A stretch of 32,000 nt of DNA. Source: Desulfocapsa sulfexigens DSM 10523 (lineage in GTDB: Bacteria > Desulfobacterota > Desulfobulbia > Desulfobulbales > Desulfocapsaceae). The notes below the pieces were generated by a model that was not told the DNA's origin, did no database searches, and worked only from the letters and a program-made list of their open reading frames with translations. The stretch covers positions 3,870,001 to 3,902,000 of the forward strand of contig NC_020304.1 in the NCBI RefSeq assembly GCF_000341395.1. The letters are read 5' to 3'. A program made the translations under genes and the position numbers. This document shows, in pieces, positions 9,432 through 19,435 of this stretch; position 1 is the first letter of the stretch, and every line of letters starts with the position of its first letter.

Positions 9432-10430
9432 CTACCCTGAGTGATTTCGTACCACTAAAACTTTATCTTCCTGATAATCCATACGGATAAAGGCCACATC
9501 CTCGATAATGGCCTTTCCTTTTTTCTTTTCATACAACACTTTCAAAACCCTGTGTAACTGAGAAAATTTTTTCTCCACCTCTCCTTTTCCAAAATAAATA
9601 GGAAAAGGATGCTCAACTAGATAGACTATCAGTTCACCTTCTGGAGTGAAATGAATCTCCGAAATATTCTGGGCAGGAAGATTTGGATTATTTTGGCTAG
9701 CCAGTCGTAAAAAAGTGGACGCAGCGTCAAGTGATTGTTTCTTCACTATTTCTGCCTCAACAAGATCAAGCCCTGTGATGACAGGAAAATCCAAATCCTG
9801 TCCTGAAGCTACCGTCGCAAAAAGAACTCCTCTGCCATCAAGATACTGAAATCCATTTTCTTCCCCATGAGCAACCAGGGCCTGAGGACGATATTCTTTT
9901 ATCGAAATCAACAAACCATCTGGCCATATTCGCCGTATTTTTGCCTGTTCAACCCATGGATGCCTCTCAAGACGCTCCTTTATGGCTCCAGGTTGCAAAG
10001 TCAACATATTCATTTCATATGTGATATCTGCATACTTTCTCAGTTCTTTGGCATTTGTTACCACACAGCCACTGATTTCAATCTCATGGACACGAAAATA
10101 GAGCAAATCCCCGAAGAGAGTCCGCCACGACCCAAGCGTGAGGAAGTATCCTGCCGCAACAAGGATCCCTGTCAACAACAGAAGCTTAAAGGGAGCCCTC
10201 TTTCTCCTGTTATCTTTCTCAGCCCCAAGCCCCATACTCTGCCGACCACGCCCTTCTTTCCTTGTCTGCCATTTTTCTCGTACACTTTTCCTTCTTGCAG
10301 TTGTGTTCAGATCTTTTGCCTGATAGCCCTGCTGGGTGATCTTTCTCGAAAGAACAGACATTTCACTGTCTTTCTTTTTTTTTCTCACAAAAAGCACTCT
10401 GAGATTGGCAAATACTGATCGTTTCTTCAT
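9432..10430 (-). CDS. ftsQ: Cell division protein FtsQ (POTRA domain) with a long basic N-terminal tail
   Basis: It has a single TM segment (FKLLLLTGILVAAGYFL) followed by a POTRA-like region (FRVHEIEISGC...ELRKY). Its position is murB-ftsQ-ftsA. About 90 aa of Lys/Arg-rich cytoplasmic sequence precede the TM segment, and the start codon is uncertain. Confidence 0.8.
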   Translation of the reverse strand: MKKRSVFANLRVLFVRKKKKDSEMSVLSRKITQQGYQAKDLNTTARRKSVREKWQTRKEGRGRQSMGLGAEKDNRRKRAPFKLLLLTGILVAAGYFLTLGSWRTLFGDLLYFRVHEIEISGCVVTNAKELRKYADITYEMNMLTLQPGAIKERLERHPWVEQAKIRRIWPDGLLISIKEYRPQALVAHGEENGFQYLDGRGVLFATVASGQDLDFPVITGLDLVEAEIVKKQSLDAASTFLRLASQNNPNLPAQNISEIHFTPEGELIVYLVEHPFPIYFGKGEVEKKFSQLHRVLKVLYEKKKGKAIIEDVAFIRMDYQEDKVLVVRNHSG

Positions 10431-10445
10431 CTTTTCATCAGTTGT

Positions 10446-11378
10446 TTAGAGAAAGTGTACTTCTGGAAAAAGGTGAATGCCACTATCTTTTTCAACCTGT
10501 TCAGTAACAATATCCATAAGCTGACACACATCTCCGGCTGTGGCTGTCCCGGTGTTAACGATAAAATTCGCATGGACCGGAGATATCATGGCGCCACCGC
10601 AACATCTCCCTTTCAGACCCGACGCTTCAATAAGGCGCCCCGCAGAATCACCATTGGGATTTTTGAAAAATGATCCTGCATTTTTTTCTATCCTGGGTTG
10701 TTTTTCCTTACGCATCTGAACATTTTCGCGACAACGTTTCTGGACAGATACCTTAGTTTCAGGAACGAGGGATAAATCAACCGAGACTACTATTCGTTTT
10801 TTCTCAGCATCCCCTTGATTTGCCCAGAGCCTATAAGTAAATTCAAGCTCATCCCGGTTCAAAGTCTCGACACCAGCCGCTGAAGACATGACATCAAGAG
10901 CAGCTACAACTCCTGCAATTTCCTCACCCATAGCCCCTGCATTCATTACCACTGCCCCGCCGACAGATCCTGGAATTCCAGCGGCAAACTCAAGTCCGGA
11001 ATAGCCGCGTTCAGTACACCAGTTCAAAAGCTTTGCCAGACTGCATCCTGCTCCGACTCTGATACGGATCGATTCTGCTCCTGGTTCCGTCAGGTCCTCT
11101 ATCTCAGAAAGTTCCTTTCCAAACAAAAGAACTACTCCGGCAAAACCGCCATCGGAAACAAGGAGATTGCTCCCTCTCCCGATAAAACGCCATGCAAGAT
11201 CATTCTCGGCAAAACATTTCAGCAACCTGCCCAGTTCCGCAACACTTTCAACCACAATAAGAGCGTCCGCCGGCCCTCCAATTCCAAAGGAAGTATAGGG
11301 CGCAAGTGGACAATCCCATTTCACGTCCCCTTCTGCAACTGTTATGATGCGTTCCCGCAGGTTCCTTGCTATGGTCAT
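10446..11378 (-). CDS. murB: UDP-N-acetylenolpyruvoylglucosamine reductase MurB
   Basis: The FAD-binding PCMH-type N-terminus is TSFGIGGPADALI...GRGSNLLV, and the C-terminal MurB motif GSFFKNP is present. There is a 4-nt overlap with the murC stop. Confidence 0.9.
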   Translation of the reverse strand: MTIARNLRERIITVAEGDVKWDCPLAPYTSFGIGGPADALIVVESVAELGRLLKCFAENDLAWRFIGRGSNLLVSDGGFAGVVLLFGKELSEIEDLTEPGAESIRIRVGAGCSLAKLLNWCTERGYSGLEFAAGIPGSVGGAVVMNAGAMGEEIAGVVAALDVMSSAAGVETLNRDELEFTYRLWANQGDAEKKRIVVSVDLSLVPETKVSVQKRCRENVQMRKEKQPRIEKNAGSFFKNPNGDSAGRLIEASGLKGRCCGGAMISPVHANFIVNTGTATAGDVCQLMDIVTEQVEKDSGIHLFPEVHFL

Positions 11379-12763
11379 TCCCGCTTCTCTTCCTCGATCA
11401 GTGCGACCAGGGCTTCACCGGCAAGAACTATATTTCCAGCACCCAGGGTCAATACCAGGTCACCCTCGTTAAGTTCCGGCAATAGTGCCTCTGCCAGACC
11501 CTCAACACGAGAGGCAAATTTTGTCTTCCGCTGACCATGCTTTTTCACTTCATCAAGTAATATTTCGCCCGATATTCTTTCATCAGGGATTTCACTTGCC
11601 GCATAAATTTCTGTCATCACCAAATAGTCAGCCTGATGGAAACAGGTTCTGAACTCCTCGAGTAGAGCCAGAGTTCTGCTGTACCTGTGTGGCTGAAAGA
11701 GGACGACCAGTCTCTTCTCAGGCCACCCCTCTTTAATAGCAGCCAGGGTGGCTCTGATTTCTGTCGGGTGATGCCCATAGTCATCAATTACCGTAATTCC
11801 ACGCCCCTTCCCTTTCAGCTGCATGCGTCGTTGAACACCCTGAAATGTGGCAAGCGCTTTACTAATGGTCTCAAAGGGAATTGCCAGTTCCAAACCGACA
11901 CAGATAGCCGCCAGTGCATTATAGACATTGTGTCTCCCTGCAAGCGAGAGGTCTATAGATCCCAGCGATTCGCCTTTGTGGCGTACAGCAAATTTCACCC
12001 GGCCATTTCCCGGTTCAATATGATCGGCCATAAGATCGGCCTGAGCGGTCAAACCATAGGTTATCTTACGTTTCTTGATCCTTGGAAGGATATCTGCAAT
12101 ATTCGCATCATCAAGACAGACAATAACCGCACCATAAAAAGGAATTCTGTCAATAAACTCGAGGAACGTTGCCTTAATATGGTCAATATCTTTGTAGTGA
12201 TCCATATGTTCCAGATCAATATTGGTGACCACCTCAAGAACCGGAGATAATTTAAGGAAGGAGCCATCGCTTTCATCAGCCTCCGCCACCAGGAATTCGC
12301 CCTGCCCAAGTTTTGCATTCCCCCCGAGGCTGTCCACCTTCCCGCCCACAACAATAGTGGGATCAAGATTCGCCACATGCATCATCCAGCTCACCATAGA
12401 GGTGGTCGATGTTTTGCCATGACTGCCGGCAATGGCTATACCAAATTTTTTAAGACGCATCAGTTCCGCAAGCATCTCTGCCCGCTGAATCACCGGAATC
12501 TCTGCGGCAAGTGCTGTCACAACCTCTGGATTATCTTTTGTGATGGCAGAAGAAGTAACCACAACATCTGCCCCTTTGACCCATCGTCCGTCATGCCCCT
12601 TGTGAATTGTACCACCAATAGATTCCAGGTTCCTGGTTGTAACAGAATCATTCAAATCAGAACCGGAAACCTCATAGCCGAGATTCAGAAGAAGTTCTGC
12701 AATGCCGCTCATTCCTATACCGCCGACACCGACAAAGTGTATTTTTTTTGTTTTGTTGTACAT
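11375..12763 (-). CDS. murC: UDP-N-acetylmuramate--L-alanine ligase MurC
   Basis: The N-terminal Rossmann motif is IHFVGVGGIGMSGIAELL and the Mur ligase P-loop is AGSHGKTSTTSM. The start is set to ATG 12763 (MYNKTKKIHF) because the longer ORF overlaps the murG 3' end by 37 nt. Confidence 0.93.
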   Translation of the reverse strand: MYNKTKKIHFVGVGGIGMSGIAELLLNLGYEVSGSDLNDSVTTRNLESIGGTIHKGHDGRWVKGADVVVTSSAITKDNPEVVTALAAEIPVIQRAEMLAELMRLKKFGIAIAGSHGKTSTTSMVSWMMHVANLDPTIVVGGKVDSLGGNAKLGQGEFLVAEADESDGSFLKLSPVLEVVTNIDLEHMDHYKDIDHIKATFLEFIDRIPFYGAVIVCLDDANIADILPRIKKRKITYGLTAQADLMADHIEPGNGRVKFAVRHKGESLGSIDLSLAGRHNVYNALAAICVGLELAIPFETISKALATFQGVQRRMQLKGKGRGITVIDDYGHHPTEIRATLAAIKEGWPEKRLVVLFQPHRYSRTLALLEEFRTCFHQADYLVMTEIYAASEIPDERISGEILLDEVKKHGQRKTKFASRVEGLAEALLPELNEGDLVLTLGAGNIVLAGEALVALIEEEKRE

Positions 12764-12786
12764 ATGATGAGAAGAGGTTTTCGGTT

Positions 12787-13893
12787 TTAGGGTTGCGGTG
12801 TGTGGTTTAATAATCCCAGACACTCATCGACTATATGTTCTGCAGCCTTTGGAAAGGCACGGCTTTTCATCGCCCTGCTCATTTTCTTCAGTTTGGCTGG
12901 ATTCTCAAAAAACTGCACCAGTTGTTCAGCCAGAACCTCGGCTGTAAGATCTCTCTCGACAAACATCAATGCCCCCCCGGCCTGCACGTAATACTCAGCG
13001 TTTTTTTCCTGGTGGTTATCTGCCGCATACGGATAAGGAATAAGTAGAGCCGGTTTTCCCAGAACCGCAAGCTCTGCAAGGGTAGTCGCTCCAGCACGCG
13101 AAACCAGCAGGTCTGCCTCTTTGTAGATGGCTGCCATATCTGTGAAAAATGGAGCAACTGTGGCATCCACACCATTCCTTTTATAAATCGCCTCAACTTC
13201 TTCAGCATCTTCTGGCCCGGTCTGATGAATCACCCTGATGTTCTTCAGGCCTGACAAGCCAAGAGTAAAGGCGGTGCTCACAAGTTCGTTCACTCGATGA
13301 GCCCCAAGACTGCCTCCAAGAACGAGGAGTACGAGAGGTTTGTCGTCTGGACTATCTCCACTTTCAGACAATTTGAGAATTTCACTGCGTACGGGATTGC
13401 CGGTAAGCACCGTCTTCTCTTGAGGAAAAGACCTTTCACTTCCGGGCAGAGAAAGACATATTCGAGCAACCATTGTTCCAAGCTTTCTGTTAGCAAGCCC
13501 AGGGATTGAATTCTGTTCATGAATAAGGGTTGGCTTACCAAAAAATTTTGCAGCTATCATCACCGGACCTGTCACATAGCCACCCACCCCCACCACAATA
13601 TCTGGTTTGAAACGGAGAATATGATACATGGCCTCCAGGCACGAAACAGGCAATACCAGTATTCCAAGTAGAAGACTCAAAAGATTCTTTCCCTTTAATC
13701 CTTTGGAATGAATGGAACAGGTTGCATACCCATACTGTTCAAGACCTGCTTTATCCATTCGTCTTCCGGTTCCGACAAAAAGCACTTCAGTACCCGGCAA
13801 TCGTTCACACATGGCTTCAGCAGTGGCAATTGCCGGAAACAGATGTCCTCCGGTACCACCGCCAGTGAGCATAAGTCGGATGGGAGTAGTCAT
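12787..13893 (-). CDS. murG: Undecaprenyldiphospho-muramoylpentapeptide beta-N-acetylglucosaminyltransferase MurG
   Basis: The N-terminal G-loop is LTGGGTGGHLFPA. The protein has GT28 family length (368 aa). Its start overlaps the murD stop by 1 nt. Confidence 0.93.
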   Translation of the reverse strand: MTTPIRLMLTGGGTGGHLFPAIATAEAMCERLPGTEVLFVGTGRRMDKAGLEQYGYATCSIHSKGLKGKNLLSLLLGILVLPVSCLEAMYHILRFKPDIVVGVGGYVTGPVMIAAKFFGKPTLIHEQNSIPGLANRKLGTMVARICLSLPGSERSFPQEKTVLTGNPVRSEILKLSESGDSPDDKPLVLLVLGGSLGAHRVNELVSTAFTLGLSGLKNIRVIHQTGPEDAEEVEAIYKRNGVDATVAPFFTDMAAIYKEADLLVSRAGATTLAELAVLGKPALLIPYPYAADNHQEKNAEYYVQAGGALMFVERDLTAEVLAEQLVQFFENPAKLKKMSRAMKSRAFPKAAEHIVDECLGLLNHTPQP

Positions 13894-15278
13894 CAGACTC
13901 GCCTTCCTTCATCGTCATTCAAGGCAAGCACCGCCTGCATAAAAACCTCTCCACGATGCCCGTAATTATCAAACATATCAAAGCTTGAGCATGCTGGTGC
14001 CAGTAAAACTATTTCTCCGGGTTGGGCACTGTCTGCCGCCAGAGACACGGCATCTTCCATGGAATCAGCACGGAGAACGGGTACGGTTCCCTCCATAGCA
14101 TCTGCTATTGCACCTGCAGCTTCTCCAATCAGGATGAGCTTTTCGACTTTCTCCAGAACAAACTCTTTTAATACCGTGTAATCCTCTCCCTTGTCGCGAC
14201 CACCGGCAATAAGAATAACCCCCTTGGAAAAAGAGCAAAGGGCGCTGATGACAGCCCCTGTGTTTGTTGCTTTGGAGTCGTTGTAGTAGTCCACGCCCTT
14301 CCTCAGTCTCACATGCTGCAATCTGTGATCGGCTGGAGCAAAGTATTTCAGGCCATTTGCTATATCATTCTTTTCACAGCCAAGAAGTGAAACGGCAAGT
14401 ATTGCAGCACAGCTGTTAAGCATTCCCGTGTGGGAATCAAGTTTTGTCCCAGCTAACTCATAACTATCTGTTCTATCCGGCAAAGTTATACAGACCTTCC
14501 TGTCGTTACCCGTTGCCGCACAATTACTTGCCGGATTCCCAAAACAATATACTTCCTGCCCGTTCAGCAGTTCCCGTACATGAAGACACATTGGATCGTC
14601 ACTGCAGAGTATCGCCTTATCATCTGCTTTTTGGTGCACAAACATCTTCATTTTTGCGGCAGCGTAATTGACCATACTCCCGTGGCGATCAAGATGATCC
14701 GGTGTGATATTCAATAACACGCCGATGTGAGGACAAAAGCTCCCTGCTGACTCAAGTTGGAAACTGGAAAGCTCAAGCACCAGATAATCCGCACGCTCAT
14801 CACCGAGTAAATAGTTCAGTACAGGTGTGCCGATATTACCGCCAACAAAAACTTTTTTTCCAGAGGCCCGAAGTAGCTCCCCAATCAGTGCCGTCACTGT
14901 GGTTTTCCCATTCGTTCCTGTCACTGCCACCACACATTCGGTGATATACGGAGCAGCAAGTGCAAGTTCGCCCAGAATTGGAATATGCTCTTCCCGCAGT
15001 TCATTCAGGAGTGGCAGGTCAGTTGAAACCCCTGGACTAATCGCTACAAAATCTCCACGGGACAGAAATTCTTTACTGTGCCCACCACTCTCAAAGGAGA
15101 TATCATTTTTTTTTAGATACTCCTGATCTTCCTGAGGCAGAGCACTAAAGACGCGCCTGTCACTTACAGAAACCTGCGCCTCCCTGCTCAAAAGAAATTC
15201 CAACATCGCCCGGCCGGATATCCCAAGGCCAATAACAACGGCATGTTGGCCGGGTTTTATTTTCTGTCCAATTTCCAT
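13893..15278 (-). CDS. murD: UDP-N-acetylmuramoylalanine--D-glutamate ligase MurD
   Basis: The N-terminal motif is VVIGLGISGRA and the Mur ligase P-loop is VTGTNGKTTVT. The gene sits directly after mraY with a 1-nt overlap. Confidence 0.93.
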   Translation of the reverse strand: MEIGQKIKPGQHAVVIGLGISGRAMLEFLLSREAQVSVSDRRVFSALPQEDQEYLKKNDISFESGGHSKEFLSRGDFVAISPGVSTDLPLLNELREEHIPILGELALAAPYITECVVAVTGTNGKTTVTALIGELLRASGKKVFVGGNIGTPVLNYLLGDERADYLVLELSSFQLESAGSFCPHIGVLLNITPDHLDRHGSMVNYAAAKMKMFVHQKADDKAILCSDDPMCLHVRELLNGQEVYCFGNPASNCAATGNDRKVCITLPDRTDSYELAGTKLDSHTGMLNSCAAILAVSLLGCEKNDIANGLKYFAPADHRLQHVRLRKGVDYYNDSKATNTGAVISALCSFSKGVILIAGGRDKGEDYTVLKEFVLEKVEKLILIGEAAGAIADAMEGTVPVLRADSMEDAVSLAADSAQPGEIVLLAPACSSFDMFDNYGHRGEVFMQAVLALNDDEGRRV

Positions 15279-16357
15279 CAGCGCATTTTTAAGGTTGCTA
15301 CAGCAAAAAGACCAAGAATTACAGAAACAATCCAGAATCTGACCACGACCTTGGGCTCATGCCATCCTTTCTTCTCAAAATGATGGTGAAAAGGTGCCAT
15401 CAGGAAAATTCGTTTACCGTGGCTGAGCTTAAAATATCCAACCTGGAGGATGACAGAAAGTGCTTCCATAACAAATATTCCACCAACGATGGCCAGAAGT
15501 ATTTCCTGCTTGATAATTATGGCAACACCGCCAAGAGCGCCACCGAGGGCAAGAGACCCCACGTCACCCATAAATATCTGCGCGGGATAGGCATTAAACC
15601 ACAAAAATCCCAGACAGCCACCGACCATTGCCCCACAGAACACAGCAAGTTCTCCAGCACCCTGGACATAGGGAATCTGGAGGTAGTCTGCCAGTACCAC
15701 ATGGCCGGCAAGGTAGGAAAAAACGAGATACACGGCTGCGGAAATAACCGTGGGACCTGCCGCCAGACCATCAAGGCCATCTGTAAGATTTACGGCATTC
15801 GAGGAACCCACAATAACAAGGACTGCAAAAACAATGTAAAACCATGACAAATCAGGTTGAATATTCTTCAGGAAAGGGACACTCAGGAGACCATCATATC
15901 CCGGATGCAGCAGAACAAACAATCCCACCACCGAGGCACCAAATATCTGCAACAGAAGCTTCCCTCTCGCACTCAACCCGGCACTGGTCATTTTTCTGAT
16001 CTTTTGATAATCATCAATGCCACCAATAAAGCCAAAAAACAGAACCACAAACAACAGCAGCCACACCAGCGGATTATCAAGTCTTGCCCAAAGCAGAGTC
16101 GAGAATGTTATTGCTGTAAGAATCAGTACCCCGCCCATGGTAGGCACTCCCTGTTTGGCAAGATGGGTTTCCGGCCCGTCGTCACGAACTACCTGACCGA
16201 TCTGATACTGTTTGAGCTTTCTTATAAACCAGGGTCCCAGAAGGAGCATTATAAGAAAAGCGGTAACCGCACCTCCAATTGAACGCACGGTGATATAGCG
16301 AAAAACGTTAAATGCACCAATACTGTTACTGAGGGGATAGAGCAGATGATACAACAT
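15278..16357 (-). CDS. mraY: Phospho-N-acetylmuramoyl-pentapeptide transferase MraY
   Basis: It is a 10-TM-type membrane protein with the MraY motifs [24 protein letters not shown] and APFHHHFE. Confidence 0.95.
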   Translation of the reverse strand: MLYHLLYPLSNSIGAFNVFRYITVRSIGGAVTAFLIMLLLGPWFIRKLKQYQIGQVVRDDGPETHLAKQGVPTMGGVLILTAITFSTLLWARLDNPLVWLLLFVVLFFGFIGGIDDYQKIRKMTSAGLSARGKLLLQIFGASVVGLFVLLHPGYDGLLSVPFLKNIQPDLSWFYIVFAVLVIVGSSNAVNLTDGLDGLAAGPTVISAAVYLVFSYLAGHVVLADYLQIPYVQGAGELAVFCGAMVGGCLGFLWFNAYPAQIFMGDVGSLALGGALGGVAIIIKQEILLAIVGGIFVMEALSVILQVGYFKLSHGKRIFLMAPFHHHFEKKGWHEPKVVVRFWIVSVILGLFAVATLKMR

Positions 16358-19300
16358 TCAATGTTCTCCGTTGAGTCCTTCAACAATTTCTTCAAGGCGC
16401 ATACCACGTGATCCTTTCACCAGAATATAACTTCCCGGGTTGATAGCTCCGCTATTGCAAAGCCCATGCAACCAGGAAATACATCCCTCCTTATTCTCAA
16501 AAACATGAACCCGCTTCCTGTTCATGCCATTTTCAATGGCTCCGTTTGCAGTTGATTCTGCAAAGGCTCCGAGGACAGCCAGAAAATCTATCCCGGCTGT
16601 GGCAACCACCTCACCAATCCCCCTGTGCAGGGCTGCACTATTCGGCCCCAGTTCCAGCATATCACCGAGAACGGCTATACGAGTCCCACCTCCAAGCTCT
16701 TGGAGAGTTGCGATCCCCGCTTTCATGGACTCTGGATTTGCGTTATAGGTATCGTTAATGATACGACTGCCCGAAGGACCATCCACTATCTGCATTCGCC
16801 TCTCGGTTGGCTTGAACGCAGAAAGACCATCTCCAATATACTGTATATCAACACCTGCTGCAGTAGCAATTGCAGCAGCAGCCAGAGCATTGGAAATATT
16901 GTGAGCCCCAGCAACCTGAAGCGTTACCAGAATTTCCTGGTCATGCACATGGAGAACAAAAGAGAGATTCTCCCTATCCCCTGTTCTGCAGTCTGTTGCA
17001 TAGACATCGGGTACCCCAGGGCCGTTATCCACCATTCCAAAAACTATTTTTTCCTGACTGCAGCTCTCAGCAGCCTTTACCACCCTTGGATCATCACCAT
17101 TTACCACAAGAATGGTACCCTTGCCACTCCCTTGAAACAGCTCCGCTTTGGCCCTTGCCACCCCTTCAATATCACCCAATCCTTGCAGATGTGCACCATG
17201 GACATTAAGCACACAGGCTATATCGGGATCAGCGATTTCCGTCAACCTGGCAATCTCGCCAGGTGCATTCATTCCCATCTCAAGGATCACTACTTTGTGT
17301 TTTGGAGAAAGCGGAAGCAGCGACAGGGGAAGTCCAATCAAATTATTGAAATTCCCTTCAGTTTTAAGGACCCTTGCAGATGGAGCATCAGCCCGTTCAG
17401 GCCACTTTTCCTTGAAAATTGCAGCACTCATTTCCTTGACGGTCGTCTTGCCGCTACTTCCGGTAATAGCTATAACATCAGGAGCTGAGAGTTCTTTCAT
17501 GCATGCACGTCTGTAGCGGGCAAGATCGCCAAGTGCCCGTGTCGTATCTTTGACCTGCACCACGGGAACCGACAGGGAAGACTCGGGCAGGCGTTCCATG
17601 ATACAACAACCCGCTCCTGCCGTTACCACCTGCCCCACGTAGTCATGGCCATCAAAACGCTCCCCCTTCAATGCAACAAAAATATCAGCGGGCTGGATGG
17701 TTCTGGAATCTGTCCTTATGAAACCGAGTTTTTTTCGAGAGTCAAGATCACCAACGCACTCCCCTCCCGTTGCCTTAACCAGCGATTCGACCTTCCAGTC
17801 ACTTAGCACCTGAGCTGCTTCCAGGCTGTCATCAAAAAACTTCCTGCCCAAACGAGTCAACTGATAATCCTCATGCCCTTTCCCGGCAATGACCACAATA
17901 TCATCTCCAGCTGCGGCCGATATGGCGACCTGAATAGCCCGATGACGATCAGGTATAATCACAAAACCGCGATCATCAGATTTTCTTTGCACAAGCCATG
18001 GATAGCTCTGTTGCTGAATCGCTATCCCCCTGACAATATCACCAATTATAACCTCTGAATCCTCACTTCGTGGATTGTCATCGGTTACAATAACAACATC
18101 AGCATAGCTCCCTGCAACTGTTCCCATCAATGGTCGTTTTCCGGAATCCCTGTCGCCACCACATCCAAACACACAGTAGAGATTACTATGGGGAAGTCCT
18201 TTAACCGTTTTCAACACCTGCTCCAGAGCATCAGGTGTATGTGCATAATCGACAAAAACGGCAGGTCTGAACGATCGTTCATCTGGGATTACTGCAATCT
18301 GTTGAAGGCGTCCGGGAGCACCCTTTGCCTTATTGAGAGCAGCAGCAATGGTTACTGGTGATATTCCGGCAACCATGGCCATGGCATAGGCTGTTTGAAG
18401 ATTACTGACATTAAAATTTCCAACCAGAGGAGACACAAAAGAACAGATTCCGTTCGGTGTCTGAAGAGTCACCTCGGTTTTTCGGATATCACTGTTCACT
18501 GCAAGCGGAAAGATATCCCGTCCCTTCCCATCACCGCAACTAAGAACAGAAAATCCCTTTTCCAAACAGAGAGACTCCATTCTTGCACTCCAGTTCTCTT
18601 TTTGATCGGAGTAGGTTATAACAGCCTTTCCCTTGTCACGAAGATGATCTGTAAAAAGAAGGCTTTTCGCGGTAAAATAATTTTCCATGTCGCAATGGTA
18701 ATCGAGATGGTCTCGACTCAAATTGGTATAGGCTGCCACATCAAACTTAAGTGCTCCTATACGATTTTGCTCAAGGCCGTGTGAGGATATCTCCATAACC
18801 ACACTGTCAACTCCATCATCTGCCATTTTTCGCAGAGTCTGTTGGAGAAGTAAGGGTTCCGGTGTTGTAAAAGAGGACGGAATACGTATCAGTACACCTG
18901 AAGGGTCGTAGTAGCGGTAATCAACGGTTCCCAAAACCCCTGGCCTTTTCCCGCTCTCGCGTAAAATTGATTCGAGCAGGTAGGTGACACTGGTTTTTCC
19001 ATTGGTACCAGTGACACCAAACAGAGTCATGCTTGAAGAAGGATAGCAAAAAAGAATTTCCGCAAGCCTGCCATAACATTCCCGGCTATTAGTTGTCTCA
19101 TAGACACAAATTGCATGATTTTCAAACCGTTCACAGCTAACCCGTCCTTTTTCAATAAGCAGCGCAGAACAGTTCGAAGCAACGGCCTGATCAATAAAAT
19201 CATGGCCATCATTTACACTTCCAGAGAGAGCGATAAAAAGCGAACCTGATTTAACCTTGCGGGAATCAATGGTGATTTGGGTGATGGGACAATTGGAAGG

Positions 19301-19435
19301 AGTACCGGAAAGAAGGCTGAGCCCGAGTTTCCCGGCCACTATTGAAAAATCAAAATCCCCCAAGGAATACTCAACAGTACCGGGAACACTACAAACCCAG
19401 CTTTCCGCAATGCGATTCTGTTGTTTTTGAGACAT
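16358..19435 (-). CDS. murEF: Fused MurE (UDP-MurNAc-L-Ala-D-Glu:meso-DAP ligase) and MurF (UDP-MurNAc-tripeptide:D-Ala-D-Ala ligase) in one continuous ORF
   Basis: The MurE half has the P-loop GVTGTNGKTS and the DAP-specific DNPR motif (TDDNPRSED). The frame continues without a stop through ...AAQVLSDWKVESLVKATGG... (about nt 17790) into the MurF half, which has the P-loop ITGSSGKTT. The ORF-track start is TTG 19498. The more likely starts are ATG 19435 (AGGA 6 nt upstream) or ATG 19456. Confidence 0.88.
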   Translation of the reverse strand: MSQKQQNRIAESWVCSVPGTVEYSLGDFDFSIVAGKLGLSLLSGTPSNCPITQITIDSRKVKSGSLFIALSGSVNDGHDFIDQAVASNCSALLIEKGRVSCERFENHAICVYETTNSRECYGRLAEILFCYPSSSMTLFGVTGTNGKTSVTYLLESILRESGKRPGVLGTVDYRYYDPSGVLIRIPSSFTTPEPLLLQQTLRKMADDGVDSVVMEISSHGLEQNRIGALKFDVAAYTNLSRDHLDYHCDMENYFTAKSLLFTDHLRDKGKAVITYSDQKENWSARMESLCLEKGFSVLSCGDGKGRDIFPLAVNSDIRKTEVTLQTPNGICSFVSPLVGNFNVSNLQTAYAMAMVAGISPVTIAAALNKAKGAPGRLQQIAVIPDERSFRPAVFVDYAHTPDALEQVLKTVKGLPHSNLYCVFGCGGDRDSGKRPLMGTVAGSYADVVIVTDDNPRSEDSEVIIGDIVRGIAIQQQSYPWLVQRKSDDRGFVIIPDRHRAIQVAISAAAGDDIVVIAGKGHEDYQLTRLGRKFFDDSLEAAQVLSDWKVESLVKATGGECVGDLDSRKKLGFIRTDSRTIQPADIFVALKGERFDGHDYVGQVVTAGAGCCIMERLPESSLSVPVVQVKDTTRALGDLARYRRACMKELSAPDVIAITGSSGKTTVKEMSAAIFKEKWPERADAPSARVLKTEGNFNNLIGLPLSLLPLSPKHKVVILEMGMNAPGEIARLTEIADPDIACVLNVHGAHLQGLGDIEGVARAKAELFQGSGKGTILVVNGDDPRVVKAAESCSQEKIVFGMVDNGPGVPDVYATDCRTGDRENLSFVLHVHDQEILVTLQVAGAHNISNALAAAAIATAAGVDIQYIGDGLSAFKPTERRMQIVDGPSGSRIINDTYNANPESMKAGIATLQELGGGTRIAVLGDMLELGPNSAALHRGIGEVVATAGIDFLAVLGAFAESTANGAIENGMNRKRVHVFENKEGCISWLHGLCNSGAINPGSYILVKGSRGMRLEEIVEGLNGEH

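Noticed and set aside
16625-17488. A 287-aa ORF lies antisense to murEF. Similar long antisense ORFs occur at 22643..23257 (204 aa), 7304..7885 (193 aa), 11687..12250 (187 aa), 9867..10418 (183 aa) and 15359..15847 (162 aa).
   Set aside because: All lie entirely inside strongly supported conserved genes on the opposite strand. Their composition is low-complexity, Ser/Pro/Arg-rich or Cys/His-rich, as is typical of antisense frames, and they have no recognisable domains.
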